NCBI RefSeq assembly: GCF_964204645.1
Contig: NC_134034.1
Location: forward strand, 7,228,914 to 7,292,913
Source: Tubulanus polymorphus
Lineage: Eukaryota; Animalia; Nemertea
Reading direction: 5' to 3'
DNA: 64,000 nucleotides
Shown in pieces: positions 12,780 to 25,500 of the stretch; position 1 is the first letter of the stretch, and each line of letters begins with the position of its first letter. The notes beneath the pieces are model-generated. The model saw only the letters and a program-made list of their open reading frames with translations, had not been told where the DNA came from and searched no databases. Made by a program: the position numbers and the translations under genes.

Positions 12780-15240
12780 GTCAGTCGTCTCCCAGTTTGA
12801 TTTAGCCTTGTTATCCAAACGATTGTTTGTATCCAAGTCAACTTTCCGCTTAAATGACTTTTAAGTTTCGTTAGTTTTCTGTTGGTTTCTGATAGATCGT
12901 TCTTCAATATATCAATCTGATTCTTATTCCAATTATTATTTCCAATTTAATGTTCTCGAGTTTCGCGTATGCTTTTAATTTCGGAGGTCAGAATAATAAG
13001 AATAATAAGAATCCTGGAAAGACCAACGGAATCCAGCACCTGATTGCTTGATCAACCAGAGCAAATATAAATTATGGATTAAAACATGTCCTCCCAAAAA
13101 ACATCAGCGAGATTGATATCAAATTCCGCATGGAAAAAGCTGTGTTCTTTAAAAATCGCTCAATCGTGGGCGGTGAACCAAATAACTAAGTTACCTCGTT
13201 CCTTGAAAATCCGAGACATGCAACAGTTTCCTTCGTAAACAGTGCCAAATTACTTTGCGGTTCAAAATCAAATAGACGTTTCCACGAAATAATCGACAAA
13301 TTAAGAAAGAACTCGGATATCAAAATTTGTTCCTTCGATAAAGGGAACGGGATTGTAATCATAGAATCGGCGGAGTATTTTAAGAAATTGGATAATATTG
13401 TATCGGACACTTACAAATTTTCCGAAATAAACAGGGGCCAGAAGAACCACCCAGTGATAACCGTTGAAAACAAAATTTGTGCATTCCTGAGGAAAAATGT
13501 AAAACCATTTGTTAATACGGAAACTTTCGATGATATTTATCCGGGCGGTAGTCAACCAGGGAAATTATATGGACTCTGTAAAGTGCACAAAGAAAACTAT
13601 CCATTTAGACCTGTAGTTTCTATGTTAGGTACAGCGTAATATAAATTAGCTAAATATCTTGACCAAATCATTAAACCTCACATACCATCCAACAACATGC
13701 TTTCGAGTACCTGGGAATTTTTGGATAAACTCAAAACATTCTTATTCAAGCCTTCAGACCTTTTGATTAGTTTCGATGTAGTTTCACTTTTCACCAATGT
13801 ACCTCTCAAAGAAACTATAGATATTATTTCTGATTATGTCTATAATTCAGATTCCAAACCATTATATAGTAAAGCGGTATTTAAAGAACTTTTAAAATCT
13901 TCCTCTTCTGGTATTTTCATGTAAAACAATCGTTTGTTCCGTCAAGTGGATTTCGTCACCATGGGCAGCCCTCTAGGTCCCTCGTTTGCAAATTTCTGCC
14001 TGGCACACTTAGAAAACCGCTTATTGACTGAATCAAAATCCAAGCCAGCCCTATACTTGAGATATGTAGATGATGTATTTTGTGTATTTAGAGATCATTC
14101 CACATATCTAAAGTTCTTCAAACAATTTAACGATTTACATTCTTGTTTAGAATTCCCTTTCGAATTTGGTCCTAACATTCTACCCTTCCTAGATACTCAA
14201 ATAGAAACTCCTTTAGAAATAGGAAAAAATTTTATATCAAGTGTCTACCGAAAATGTTCAAATACTGGTCTTTTACTCAACTCCGATGTGTCCATGTAAG
14301 TGGAAAATAGGTTTAGTTAATTGTATGTTATTTAGATCTTACAATATTTGTAACAATTGGCAGGTTTTCACTAAAGAATTAGATTGTCTCCGTGATATGT
14401 TTTGCCGTAATGGTTACTCAGGCAGGGTGTTTGATAATTGTGTCAAACGTTTTCTGGATTCCAGATTTACGCCGGGTAATAAACAGATTGAACGCGATGA
14501 AGTTTCTCAATTTTTCTCAATTCCATATGTGGGCTACCCCTCCATACTATTTGCCCGTAAGATCAGAAATTTGTTCAAATAATATTATTGCATTGATCTC
14601 AAGTGCTCATTCACTACCACAAAGATTAAGAATTTCTTCTCATTGAAATGTCCTACTCCTAAATCCCTTAAGGCTAATGTTGTATACAAATTCAATTGTT
14701 TATGTGATGTAAACGTTTCCTACATAGGAAAAACACAACGACATCTAGCTACGAGAGTTAAAGAGCATCGGACAAACAAATCCACTATAGGACAACATTT
14801 ATCTATCTGTTCCACTTGTAGTCAGGACTTCAATGAAAACAAATTCAAGATTTTAGACAAAGCTAACTCAGACTTTGAATGTAAAATCTGAGAGGCTTTG
14901 TTTTTTAAATTAGAAAAGCCGTCTTTAAACTTACAATTGTTTCAAAATGGATCCTCATTCATTTTAAATGTATTTCGTTAATCTGACCTGTCCTGGTTGT
15001 TGCCAGGTTATATTATGTAATTTTCTGCTATTTTAAGCACCACTGTTGACCTGTTTCTGTAAACTTATATCTTAACATACTGTAGTTTTGCATCATTTGT
15101 TACTTGTCTTGAGAAGGGGTATATGTTATCCCGAAAAGGTCGACTTATTCAACATGATTTATATATATATGGAAAATCAAACTGTTTCTTTTATGGATTT
15201 TGAATTCAGTGTGTATACCGAAATGTAGTACATTGTTTTC
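12780..15240 (+). mobile_element. Penelope-like element (RT + GIY-YIG), degenerate; boundaries approximate
   Basis: PGKLYGLCKVHK, SFDVVSLFTNVP, MGSPLGP, YLRYVDD, LPFLD, VVYKFNC..SYIGKTQRHL..RVKEH; multiple stops and frameshifts. Confidence 0.9.
15106..15144 (+). ncRNA. Hammerhead-like motif, U3:A8 core variant, in the Penelope 3' pLTR
   Basis: GTC-TTGAGAA-GGGGTAT atgtt ATCCC-GAAA-AG-GTC-GAC. Confidence 0.55.
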
Positions 15241-15696
15241 TTAGATTATAGGACTAATTATATTCTATAATCTAAATATTGAATTGTTTCCAGAGAAATC
15301 TAGTATTAGATTAAAGACATGAGATAAACTAATTAATATTCCCAGCCATAACTAATTGCAAGTGAACATTGTCATTAATTGTTATTCAATTGTTATTCAG
15401 TATAGGTTTATATATACCGTAATACATTATATATATGATCCTGTACATGTATAATAGTCAATATTCGTGGTACTTTAAATATCTTAATAATAGAATTGTA
15501 GTATCTTTTTAAATTCTGGGTTGAGGTATTTTGGACACATATGAGGGTATTCTGGGTGGAGGGATTCTGGGTGTGGGATTTTGGACGGAGGTATTTTGGG
15601 CAGAGGTATTATGGGCGTATCCCGCGAATGCGCACCGGCATTATATTCAGCCATCGAAAGCATCGGCAGTGATCATGATTTGTAGGTGATATCTAA

Positions 15697-15735
15697 TTAG
15701 GGTTTCTGTTACTTCACAGAAAACCCTATTATTTT
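15697..15735 (+). repeat. Hairpin AGGGTTTCTG..CAGAAAACCCT (HINE-like 5' end)
   Basis: The same hairpin recurs near 31040 and 31932. Confidence 0.55.
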
Positions 15736-16084
15736 ATGTGATTCTAGGACAATTGCCCCCCCCCCCCCCCGAATAAAATCCTTTTTGATTTGGATTAAAA
15801 CCACATAAGTACTTGTCTTAGAAATTTATTTGTATATTATTGAATATAGATTCATAAGATATAGAATCACTGATGTTGTGTGCAGATCAAAAACTTTAAA
15901 TCAGTCCTTGTGTAATTATAATTCACTTACCAAATTATAGGAAACTTAATAAGTTCACTTATTAGTGCATTAGTTAACGTTAGCTAATTTATTGGAATTC
16001 GTTTCAGTGTTACATTCAAAAACTCTAAATCAGTAATGAGTAATTAGCTGCACTAATTAGCTAGAATTAGTTCGCTTTGTCTAA

Positions 16085-17152
16085 TTAATTTGAGGTAAAT
16101 ACCTGTGTTAATTTTAGATTTAAAATATTTAATTTGGGGGGCAATATTCCGGGGGGATGTTGGTTGCGTCCCCAGGATCCACGCCGAGCAGCACCTCGTA
16201 GACTAATACAACCTCGAGAAGCTGACGTGTTCAAATGATTATCATCAGTTGTTGCCTCAGCAGATGCCGATGCAGCCATACCAGATTCTACTCGTTGACT
16301 TAAAAGTTTGAGTTTGTTCGTCATGTTTGCAATAGTGTCAGTCAAAGTTTGAATTGACTTACCTACATCTCCTGAACCACCCCTGAGCACAATAGGAGCC
16401 GACAATTCAGCTCCATATTCACCTTCCAGATTGAGCGGGCAATCTTGGGCTATGACGGACAAACAAACCTGATTCAGTATCTGACCATCCGAGTAGATAT
16501 CATCAGCTTGTAGTCCCAGTACCTCACTCCTCCATTGCAGATATGTAACATGGGTTTTATTTGCTTCTCCAGATAAAACGCTTAGTTGAGGATTTGTACC
16601 GAGTACCATACAGATGTCATCCTCCCTCTGCTCCGGAGGCCCGTACAACTTAACGAGGCATAACAGTAGGCACAAAGGGTACTTTCTCAAATTTCAATTT
16701 ATGCTTTGTACCATCGACAAGAGAACTAGATGAGCAAGGCTCAGATTTCACCTCAGAGGACACTACTCAGAACCACGTTCAGCATACGGGGTTCAATTGT
16801 CCGTAAAATATCCTGAATTCGAGCTTCAGCAACAACCTGTCGCATGTTACTTTCCTCATCTTGAAAACAGCTTCAACAACAACCACCACTGCATTAACCT
16901 CGACTTTGGCAAATCATCAGAAGCCAGTGGTTCTGCGTGCATCTGCACTGATGAATAATACATAGGCATCCAAGGCAAGGCACTCTCGATTGTTCCAAAC
17001 TGCGAGAATACATGCCGGATCACCATTACATCTAACCCCTTCGGTCCCACAAATCGTGCATACACCTTACGACCAGCCAGTGACCTCAAAGCGGGTAACC
17101 CTTTTAGACATTTACAATATACAATGGACAACCACAAATCGTCCGGGGACAT
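16085..17152 (-). pseudogene. Degenerate PNMA-like Gypsy gag
   Basis: LSVLSG..THVTYLQWRSEVLGL..YSDGQIL capsid-like motif, upstream RRM-like VFSQFGTIES, then a coiled coil and an RG-rich tail. Confidence 0.6.
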
Positions 17153-17379
17153 TATATGTGGTCTCGGAACAAGAAGAAAGAAAAAACAATATTAAGTAAA
17201 TATAGCGGTTTCATAGCATATTATATTAGTTACATGATTGTTAAAAGTCTACATTCTACAGGTTTCAAGAATCTGGAGGTGTTTTTACATCGTATGGGTC
17301 TTAAGGAAGTCGGTGGCAATATAGAATAAACAAACATGCTTAAGCCAAGAAGATAAATGTTCAAGTAATGCATGGTCAC

Positions 17380-20300
17380 TCAAAGACGACAATATGCTGT
17401 GATAAAAGATGCGCATATACTGATTATTTGTAGATTAACAGCATGATCAAGATTGTTGCTTCCATGAATGAGGAAATTACATTTATCTTTTTGGCTTAAG
17501 TTTGAATGCATGTCATACAGAAACATATTGTCTAAGGAAAGGTGAAGGCGATTTCTAAGGTTAACTATTGTGGGTTTACGACATTTGATAAAAAGGTGGA
17601 TTGTATCAAAACGCAGACTACAAAACTCACATATGGGATTTGCGTTTTCAAAATTATGACGGGAATAGTTTGCTGGAAGCAGTAAATCCACTCGCAAGCG
17701 GTTCAGGTTTATTTCATTTCTACGAGTTAAGATTGACATATCTGTAGTGCTGTAGGCCGTTTTTAGCGTATTCGATCGAATTCTGAATTTAAATCGAGAC
17801 AAGGTTGGGAGCGTTCTAATTTCAGGCAAGGTTTTATTCCATCTCTGCATTAGAGAATACATTGGGGATGACATAATTTTGGCAGAGGGCGTCGGTGGAA
17901 AAGAAAATGGGCGTCTTTCTCTCAATGCAAGTACTGGAATGGACCTAGAACTATCAAAGAGGTTAGAAAAATAAGGAGGACAAAGTCCGTTTGAGGCTTT
18001 GAACATATATATACTTAATCGGTCTATTCTCCGCGATGAAAGGGTAGACCAGTTTAGCAAATGCAATACTTTTTCAGTATTAGAGCCATGTATACAGCCA
18101 GAAACAAGTAGGGCTGCTCTGTAATGTAGCCGCTCTAATCTATTTAATGTTGTCTTTGGGGCACTGTTGTATATCACGTCACAGTAGTCGAAATGGGGTC
18201 GTATAAATGACATATACATAATATTTAGGTGTCGAGATTTGATAAATTTACTAAGGTATTTAAGAGGATTTAATTTGGATTGAACCTTGGATTCAAGTTC
18301 CTGAATGTGAGCCGAGTAGGACAAATTGTGGTCGAGGACAAAGCCTAAGTTTATGTTTTATTTTGATGGGGATATTGTCGCCATATTATTGTAATGGTGG
18401 ATAGTTTTTAGTGCCAGCTTTAGTAAAAATGATATCACTGCTTTTACATGGTTTAAATTTAAGTCCCCACGTAGTAGACCAGTCTGCTATTTTATGGAGG
18501 TCTTCCTGAATTATAGTGTTTCCTATACGCGGATTTTTTGGATCGACCGGAATATATATTGACGTATCGTCAGCATACAAAAATACCTCAGAGGATAGAT
18601 TATCGGGTAGATCGTTTTTGTATAATAAAAATAAGAGTGGATCTAGTATGGAACCCTGAGGCACACCACTGTTGATGAAATTGTCTTTGGATGGGCTAGA
18701 AAGGGACCCATTTACTGAAATCTGAATATTCCGATTATTCAGGTAGCTACTTAGGATATCATATAAGTTGCCGTTGATGCCGTAAGCAGACAGTTTATGT
18801 AGTAACAGGGAGTGTGGGATAGAATCAAATGCAGCTGCCACGTCCAAAAATACCGCGCGAACATTGAAATTGCGCTCAAGTTTTTCATGGATGAAAGAAG
18901 TTATACACAGCAATTGGTCACACGTAGAGTGGCCAGGGAGAAAACCTGATTGATTCATATATAATAAATTATTAGACAACAGATGATTAAGCATCAGATC
19001 AAAAATAACCTTTTCAAAAAATTTTGATGTTGTACTAAGCAGACTAATGGGACGATAATTATTAGGGTTGTTTCTTTTGTCTTTTTTATGTAATACAGTA
19101 ATCGAACCTAATTTCCAGCTTTCTGGAAATTTTCCAGATGTTAGAATTTTGTTAAATAAAGAGGCTAGGACGGGCGAGATCGCACAAGCAGACAATTTAA
19201 GCATTTTATTAGTGAAACCATCTAAGCCATTGGCTTTAAAATTATCTAACTTAGAAATGATCTTCAGTACTTCAGCTAAGGAGGTATGTATATCGGCTAA
19301 TTTGCTGTTGCAACGAGTGGGGAAGTGAGGCATATGGGTGTAAGGATGATTTAGGTGGTATTTATTGGATAAGAAATTGAGAAAAAGTTCAGCTTTTTCA
19401 AAATTAGTCTCGCATATTTAATCAGTTACCGGATCAATGATAGATGATATATTTACCACAAATTTATTGCCCAACAGTTTTTTAACTATTCGCCAATATG
19501 ATCTGGAATTTTTGTTGTTGGATTCGATATCCTAAAGGATTTTATCATTGTAGTCATGCTTTGCCCGAGCGATTAGATTGTTAACAACATATAATTGATC
19601 ATTATAATTGACACAATCAGTAATAAGACCAGTCTTTTTATATTTTCTAAAATGTTTATTGCGTAATCTAATAGCTGATTTTATATGATCGTTGATCCAT
19701 GGTTGATCATTTTCTCTAAATAAGTTTCGACTATGTGGTATATGTCTTTTAATAGTTTCTAAGAATAAATTATTGAAGCGATTTACTGCATTATCAATAT
19801 CAATTTCGTTCAAGGCAGTACTCCAATCAGTATTTTCGATATCACGGTTGAGTTCGATGGATGAGCATTTATTATATTTCCAAGTGATATTGCTTTTGGT
19901 AGTTTTGGTTTGTCTTTCATCGGGGGTTTGAGATGGTGAACGATAGTAAAAAGCAAGAATGACCTTGGATGTTTTGTGTTTGACATTTAGCCAAATACAT
20001 TGTGGATCTAACGACATCAAATTATGATTGACCTCAAAAATTATACTATCATGAACGCAAACAATTAATCCACAGTTTTTCGGACTATAGAACGCCACAC
20101 TATAATTTTTCAGAGCGTATTTATATGTTTTACTACTAATATTTCCTACTTCGCATAATGCTATGACTTTGTAGTTGACATTTTCTACAAGATTTTCCAG
20201 GTATTTTAAACGCATCCCCTCATCTGCAGAGATGCTATTTATATTAGCAAACAAAACTTCGCTTTCAGGACCCGGGTTTTTTCCACGTCATTACTAATCA

Positions 20301-20842
20301 GCAAAAGAGTATTTGTTAAATCAAAGAATACTAAATGGGAGAAAATCCCCGGTACAATTATTAAATTCCCATTTACATTAGGGGCTAATTTAGACGTGAA
20401 CATATATATACACATGATACCAATTGTTCCAAGCGTCATAACATATTGCGAGGTTAATAACAATTAGTAAAACACAAGCTAGTTTCGAGTACAGAGTTCA
20501 TATCATGATAAAAATAAAAATGATAGGCATCAGTAAAGGATATAACATGTCAGAGTCAACATTGTCTATAGCTGTTTGCATCTCATTTAGAAAAGAAACT
20601 AATGACACATTTGTACAGGATCGGTTATATGAAGATCTATATATTTTTCTATAACCTGCGTAAACCCGGTGATGAAGAAAGTTAACGGGCATCTAGCCTA
20701 TTCCCTTCCTCACCTGGCTTAGATAAGCTTCGTTTAATTGTGATACAGATATCTCAAACTTCATAGAATCGTTGAGAAAGTATAGCAAACCCATAGAAAA
20801 GTAGAATAATAAAGTTATAATAAGTACAGGTCGACAGGTCAT
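17380..20842 (-). pseudogene. LINE ORF2: hydrophobic leader + 2A-like motif + APE (internally deleted) + RT + C-terminal Cys/His region
   Basis: LLLISNDVEK(N)PGP; FANINS; ALCE; YYRSPSQ; YRPISLL; SGVPQGS; YADDT; C-x2-C..HLFIKC. Stops and frameshifts throughout. Confidence 0.85.
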
Positions 20843-20978
20843 CTTCTGTCATTAATTTGCTACCTTCAGTTAGTTACGTAGTTACGAGTCATTGGTATAG
20901 GTAGCGCATCGGTTTAAGGTTGCAAGGCAAAGTAACTATATGGCGACCCATCGCAATAACGGAGTATGTGATTACAGT

Positions 20979-21625
20979 CTACTCATCCTGCCTTGAGCTG
21001 GGTATGACAGTAGCGACAATCTTTTCCACTGTTGCATCACGGTTTTTGCATCTCCCGGGAGATTTAGAAACAATGACTATTCCTGAAAAACTAGCTATTT
21101 GGAGCTGTTTCATGATGAGTTGACCAAGACGGTATTCATGGTCGTCGTAATATCCAGATGATACGGATCAATCGTTATTAGTTATATGGTAAGCGTAGGG
21201 AAATTTCGCATTTTCAATTGCACCGCTGTCAGATCGGGAACGGGCCAGAGCACCGCGAGCGGTCGTGAGATCATGTCTTGGTAAAGCGTATGCTTTAAAT
21301 TCTTTATTTTCATGTAACTCAGTCTCGGATGGAATTATCTCAGTATCAAGTACAGACACAATTTCATCAGCCTGGACATTTAGTGGATGTTTTTCAAAGC
21401 CGGGATCTTGTAAGGATTTATTCACATAGAGATTATCTCTAACTAGCGTGACTTTCACACCCTCCGATTTGAATTTCTTTAAATCTTTATACTGAGCTGA
21501 CGCCCTTTCGTACATGTCAGTCAGTAATTGCTCACGTACGTAACAATCTGAGCCTCAGAGATTGCTGCAGTATGACATTGCTAAGTTTTTTCCATGACGG
21601 GTAGTAAAGAGAACCACTATCAGAC
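20979..21625 (-). pseudogene. LINE ORF1, C-terminal part, with IMPACT/YigZ (UPF0029)-like domain
   Basis: SETELHENKEFKAYA...PYAYHI...SGYYDDHEYRLGQLIMKQL...IVIVSK; premature stop at 21168. Confidence 0.6.
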
Positions 21626-21767
21626 TGTAATGATGGGAGAGCCTAAGCATCGAAGTTAACAAGACGGCATTTGGCATTAGACTCCTTTATTTAACATATA
21701 CACATTTTTACAGGATTGTACACGTATAATACAAAACAGATGTTGGACATAGCAACAGTTCATCACA
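21626..21767 (-). repeat. Gypsy 3' LTR
   Basis: Identical by eye to 29990-30131. Confidence 0.95.
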
Positions 21768-22530
21768 TCTCCCCTCTAGGATTATAACGTTACAATTCAG
21801 ATATACATAAATGCACAAGCTATAACAATGATTCAATCAAACAGTTATAATACAAAAGAAAACAATATATACATTCAGTCTGATAACCTTTTCTGAATTA
21901 TTGCAGTATATTACATTTATACAAATTTCTTCAATGTTCATAGTCCGTTAATAACATAATAGGTTTCATTCTTAACACTCAAAAATCCATGCACAATTAA
22001 CTAAGTTCTACCATAATATTGGGGTGGATTTATTTGTCGGCCCTTTCTATAACGAGTAATTTTAGAATATCTCTCTTGAATGTCATTTCCATTTGGATCG
22101 TTATTGAGATCTAATACTGCATTTTCCATGTTTGGATTTTGCTGATCAGGTTGGTTCCCGAATTCATTGTAATTTTCATAATCTAATAGATCATCATCAT
22201 GCGCTTTAGAGTTTTCTGAAACCAATTTTATGTGTCATCAATTACGACGGTAGATAACGCCATCTTCTGATTTTATTAAGTATGATCTAGGTTGTTTACA
22301 CTTATTAACTACTAGCAAACTACCTGTCCTGGCGGACGGGTAGATTATAATGAATCACTTAGGTGCGGATGAAAAAAATATAATATATAATAATATGTAA
22401 AATAATATCATATATATTTATTTATCGATATGAAATCTACATTATAAGTCTGGCATTCAAATATCAAAGAAGAGAAAAAGTATTACAATATTTCGCTGTA
22501 AACTATGTTTTTGGTTTGTTTGGGTGAGTA

Positions 22531-25500
22531 AGGTAACGTGGGGTGACTTGGCCATATGTCTTTAAAATCAGATATTCTTAATCACTTGATTGCATAATCA
22601 TTCCCCCAATTATTATGTTTGATAGTATGGACCATAGGTTATCTTGTACCTGTCATTAGTTAGCCAAAGTGCTATGGATGATTTGTATAATCAGGAGTAA
22701 ACGGGAATTATTGTGTGACCAAGTCACCCCATACAACATGGGTGACTTGGTCAGTGCATGGGGTGAATTGGTCATATTAGCTATAATACATGTATATGAC
22801 AACCCATGGCCCTACCCTCAGGAGAAGTTTTATTCTGACCGGTGTAAAATGTTTTTACCCACCGGTACCTTGGTCAAAAGATAAAAAGGATGGTTTTGCG
22901 ATTGCAGAGATCTCCTATAAGCTTAGTAGAAGTGTTCCGCAATTACTTCTGCAATCATAGGTTACTTGTGGACCACTGACCATTATACTGAACAAGATCA
23001 TGCTGCGACTAAATTCATTGTTGTTAATGACTAGTAGGCTTGGGTAGTAAATGGGTCTGTTTCTGGATCCCTTGATTAGACAGTCACATGCAGAAAATCC
23101 TGTTTTCCGATATAATACAACGGTATGCTAGAATAAAAACGCTACAAATAGGGTGTAATGTTTGTGGTGTTTTCATTCTAGCATAATAACTTCAGGAAAC
23201 CTTGATAACTCTGACGTTACAGGGTTAAATCCCATGCTCTATAAAAACCATAGTCTGAACTGAAAATGACTCTCTCTTGAATAAAAGTAATGAAGGCTGA
23301 TGGAATGTAATCTTTCAAACAGAACCTTGCTATATTTTTTTATATCTGACAGAATACCTCATAAATCTATGCTATATACATGCATTATCAACTTTTCACA
23401 TAAGTACAGTTGTGTGTTATGCCAGAATTTATTCAAATCTATTCATAGACAATCTTATTCAAGAACACTAAACAATCAAATTTTAGTAAAATTCTAACGA
23501 TCAACAAAACATGAATAACGGCAACTAATTGCTATATAACGATAAAACACAAGTACGTAGAACAATATTATTCACCATACTCATCACACCATTTCGAAAA
23601 ACATTTCTCTATGAGGGCCAGCTTTTCTGATGTCACACCTACAAATCGTGAACCAACATTGATGATATCTGACTCAGAGATGGAACAGAGAATATCTTCC
23701 TTACAGGTTTCCAGAATATCATCCTTAGGTGGTGACGAGAACCTATTCACCCCATGCCATCGTTTATACTTTAAGAATACAGTTGGAGAAATTGCTGGAC
23801 TTGATTTCAACACTGTCGTGACATACCACTTTTGATTATAGACTGCAATAACAAATTTTCCAATTTCATACTCTCTAGCTATCATGTTCTCCATTTGGCC
23901 AATCATATCGCTATCATTTTCCAGTTGACCGATGTCGTCATCACTATCATCATCAATTTCCGGTTCTTCTTCATAACCATCTTCAGAATCAGACACATTT
24001 TCCTTGTTTCCGTTCACTTTTTTTCTTATTTTTGAGTTTGGTTTCTTTTTTTTAGCTCTCTTCTGTTCTTTCTTTTGTTCTTCCTGTTCGAGCCGCTCAA
24101 CAACGTCATTTACTGTGAGACATTCAGCAAATTTCCTGTCTAGTCTTTTTCTCTTCTTCGGAGGCTCAGGAGCAGAATACTTGAAATGATCAAGCAATGC
24201 CTTCTCAAGACTAGATTTTGGACTGAGGACATCAGAGTTTTGCGATCTTTCCGGACGAGGGGTGATGACGTTGCTACCAGGTGGCTTACTATGGACTTCA
24301 GCAGTTACAGTGATTGTACTTGGGCCTTCTCTGAATTGTGTACTCGAGCGTAGAAGGTCTCTCGGTTGAACGGATATATTCTCACGGGATCTTGAGGCAT
24401 CAGTTCTGGTTATCTCGTTGTCGTTAGTTACAGTTTCAGTGGGAGTTTCAGGCAAAGCGCAAGATGTCTTGAGTAGTTCATCGCCTATCTTGGTTTTATC
24501 AAGCGGGTATATTCCACATTTCTCAAATGCGTTGATTGCATTCATTCGCGACATACAACTAGATTGGTGGACTTTATTCAGGAGGGAAGGGAATGTAGCT
24601 TTATCTACAGATTTAAACCTAGTTGATACGTAGTGTTCATTTAGAACCTTCCGCCAACTTTGTTTTAGCGCCTTATATACCCCTACATCAAGTGGTTGAA
24701 GAATACTACTAGTGTGCGCTGGTATGCAAAAGATGATCACATCATTCTGCATAGCCAGGTTCAGCACATCCAAATTGATGTGAGAATTGTGTCCATCATA
24801 TAACAGTAACTTTTTTCCAGGTATGGTTTTGGTCTCTTCTAGAAAAACTTTCTTAAACCATTCAGAAAATTGAGGAGTTTCCATCCATCCAGAGTCTGAT
24901 ACGTTATATCTCGCTCGCTCAGGCCCACCAGTGCACCAAGACTCATACAAGTTCTTTGCTTTGTAGACAACATAAGGTGCTAGAAAATTACCATCAGCAG
25001 AACAACATTCAACAACTGTGTACATAGTTTTGGTACTAGAACCAACCGTTACGTGTGGGTTTTTATCACCTCGTCGACATAGGACTTTTTTCGAGCCAAT
25101 GTCAGTTTGAAAGCCTGTTTCATCCATATTGAAGATATGACCTGGACTATGCAGCAGCTGGTTTTCATCTAACAGTTTTTCTAATTTCATAAAGAAATCA
25201 TCCACTATTTTCTGAGAACATGCTTCGGCACGATTGAGAGGGAAATTCTGTGCAATCCGACGCGATATTTTAGACTTATGGCGCTCTTCAAATAGTCTCA
25301 TCCAATCCAACCCTGGTAGATCGCCTTTAAATTGGTTTTTTCTTCCTAGGCCTCTTATAAAATCTCTCACGATCAATCTTATATCATTGCGATCTAAACC
25401 AAAGCCCCAATCGCTGAGGATTTGCAACGAATGAACAACCAACTCCTCTTCTTCCGCTGTGAGAACTGTCTGTCCTCCTGGTTTTTTTATTTCTTCGCCA

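Larger units (their letters stand above)
12576..15623. mobile_element. MULE-type MITE with subterminal ~15-bp tandem repeats, split by a Penelope
   Basis: Inverted ends about 12585-12675 / 15525-15612; 9-bp TSD GCGAATGCG at 12567-12575 and 15624-15632. Confidence 0.8.

Noticed and set aside
22001-22225. env-like ORF in the Gypsy
   Set aside because: It is the low-complexity integrase tail ending in TRYRKGRQINPP; there is no signal peptide or TM segment.
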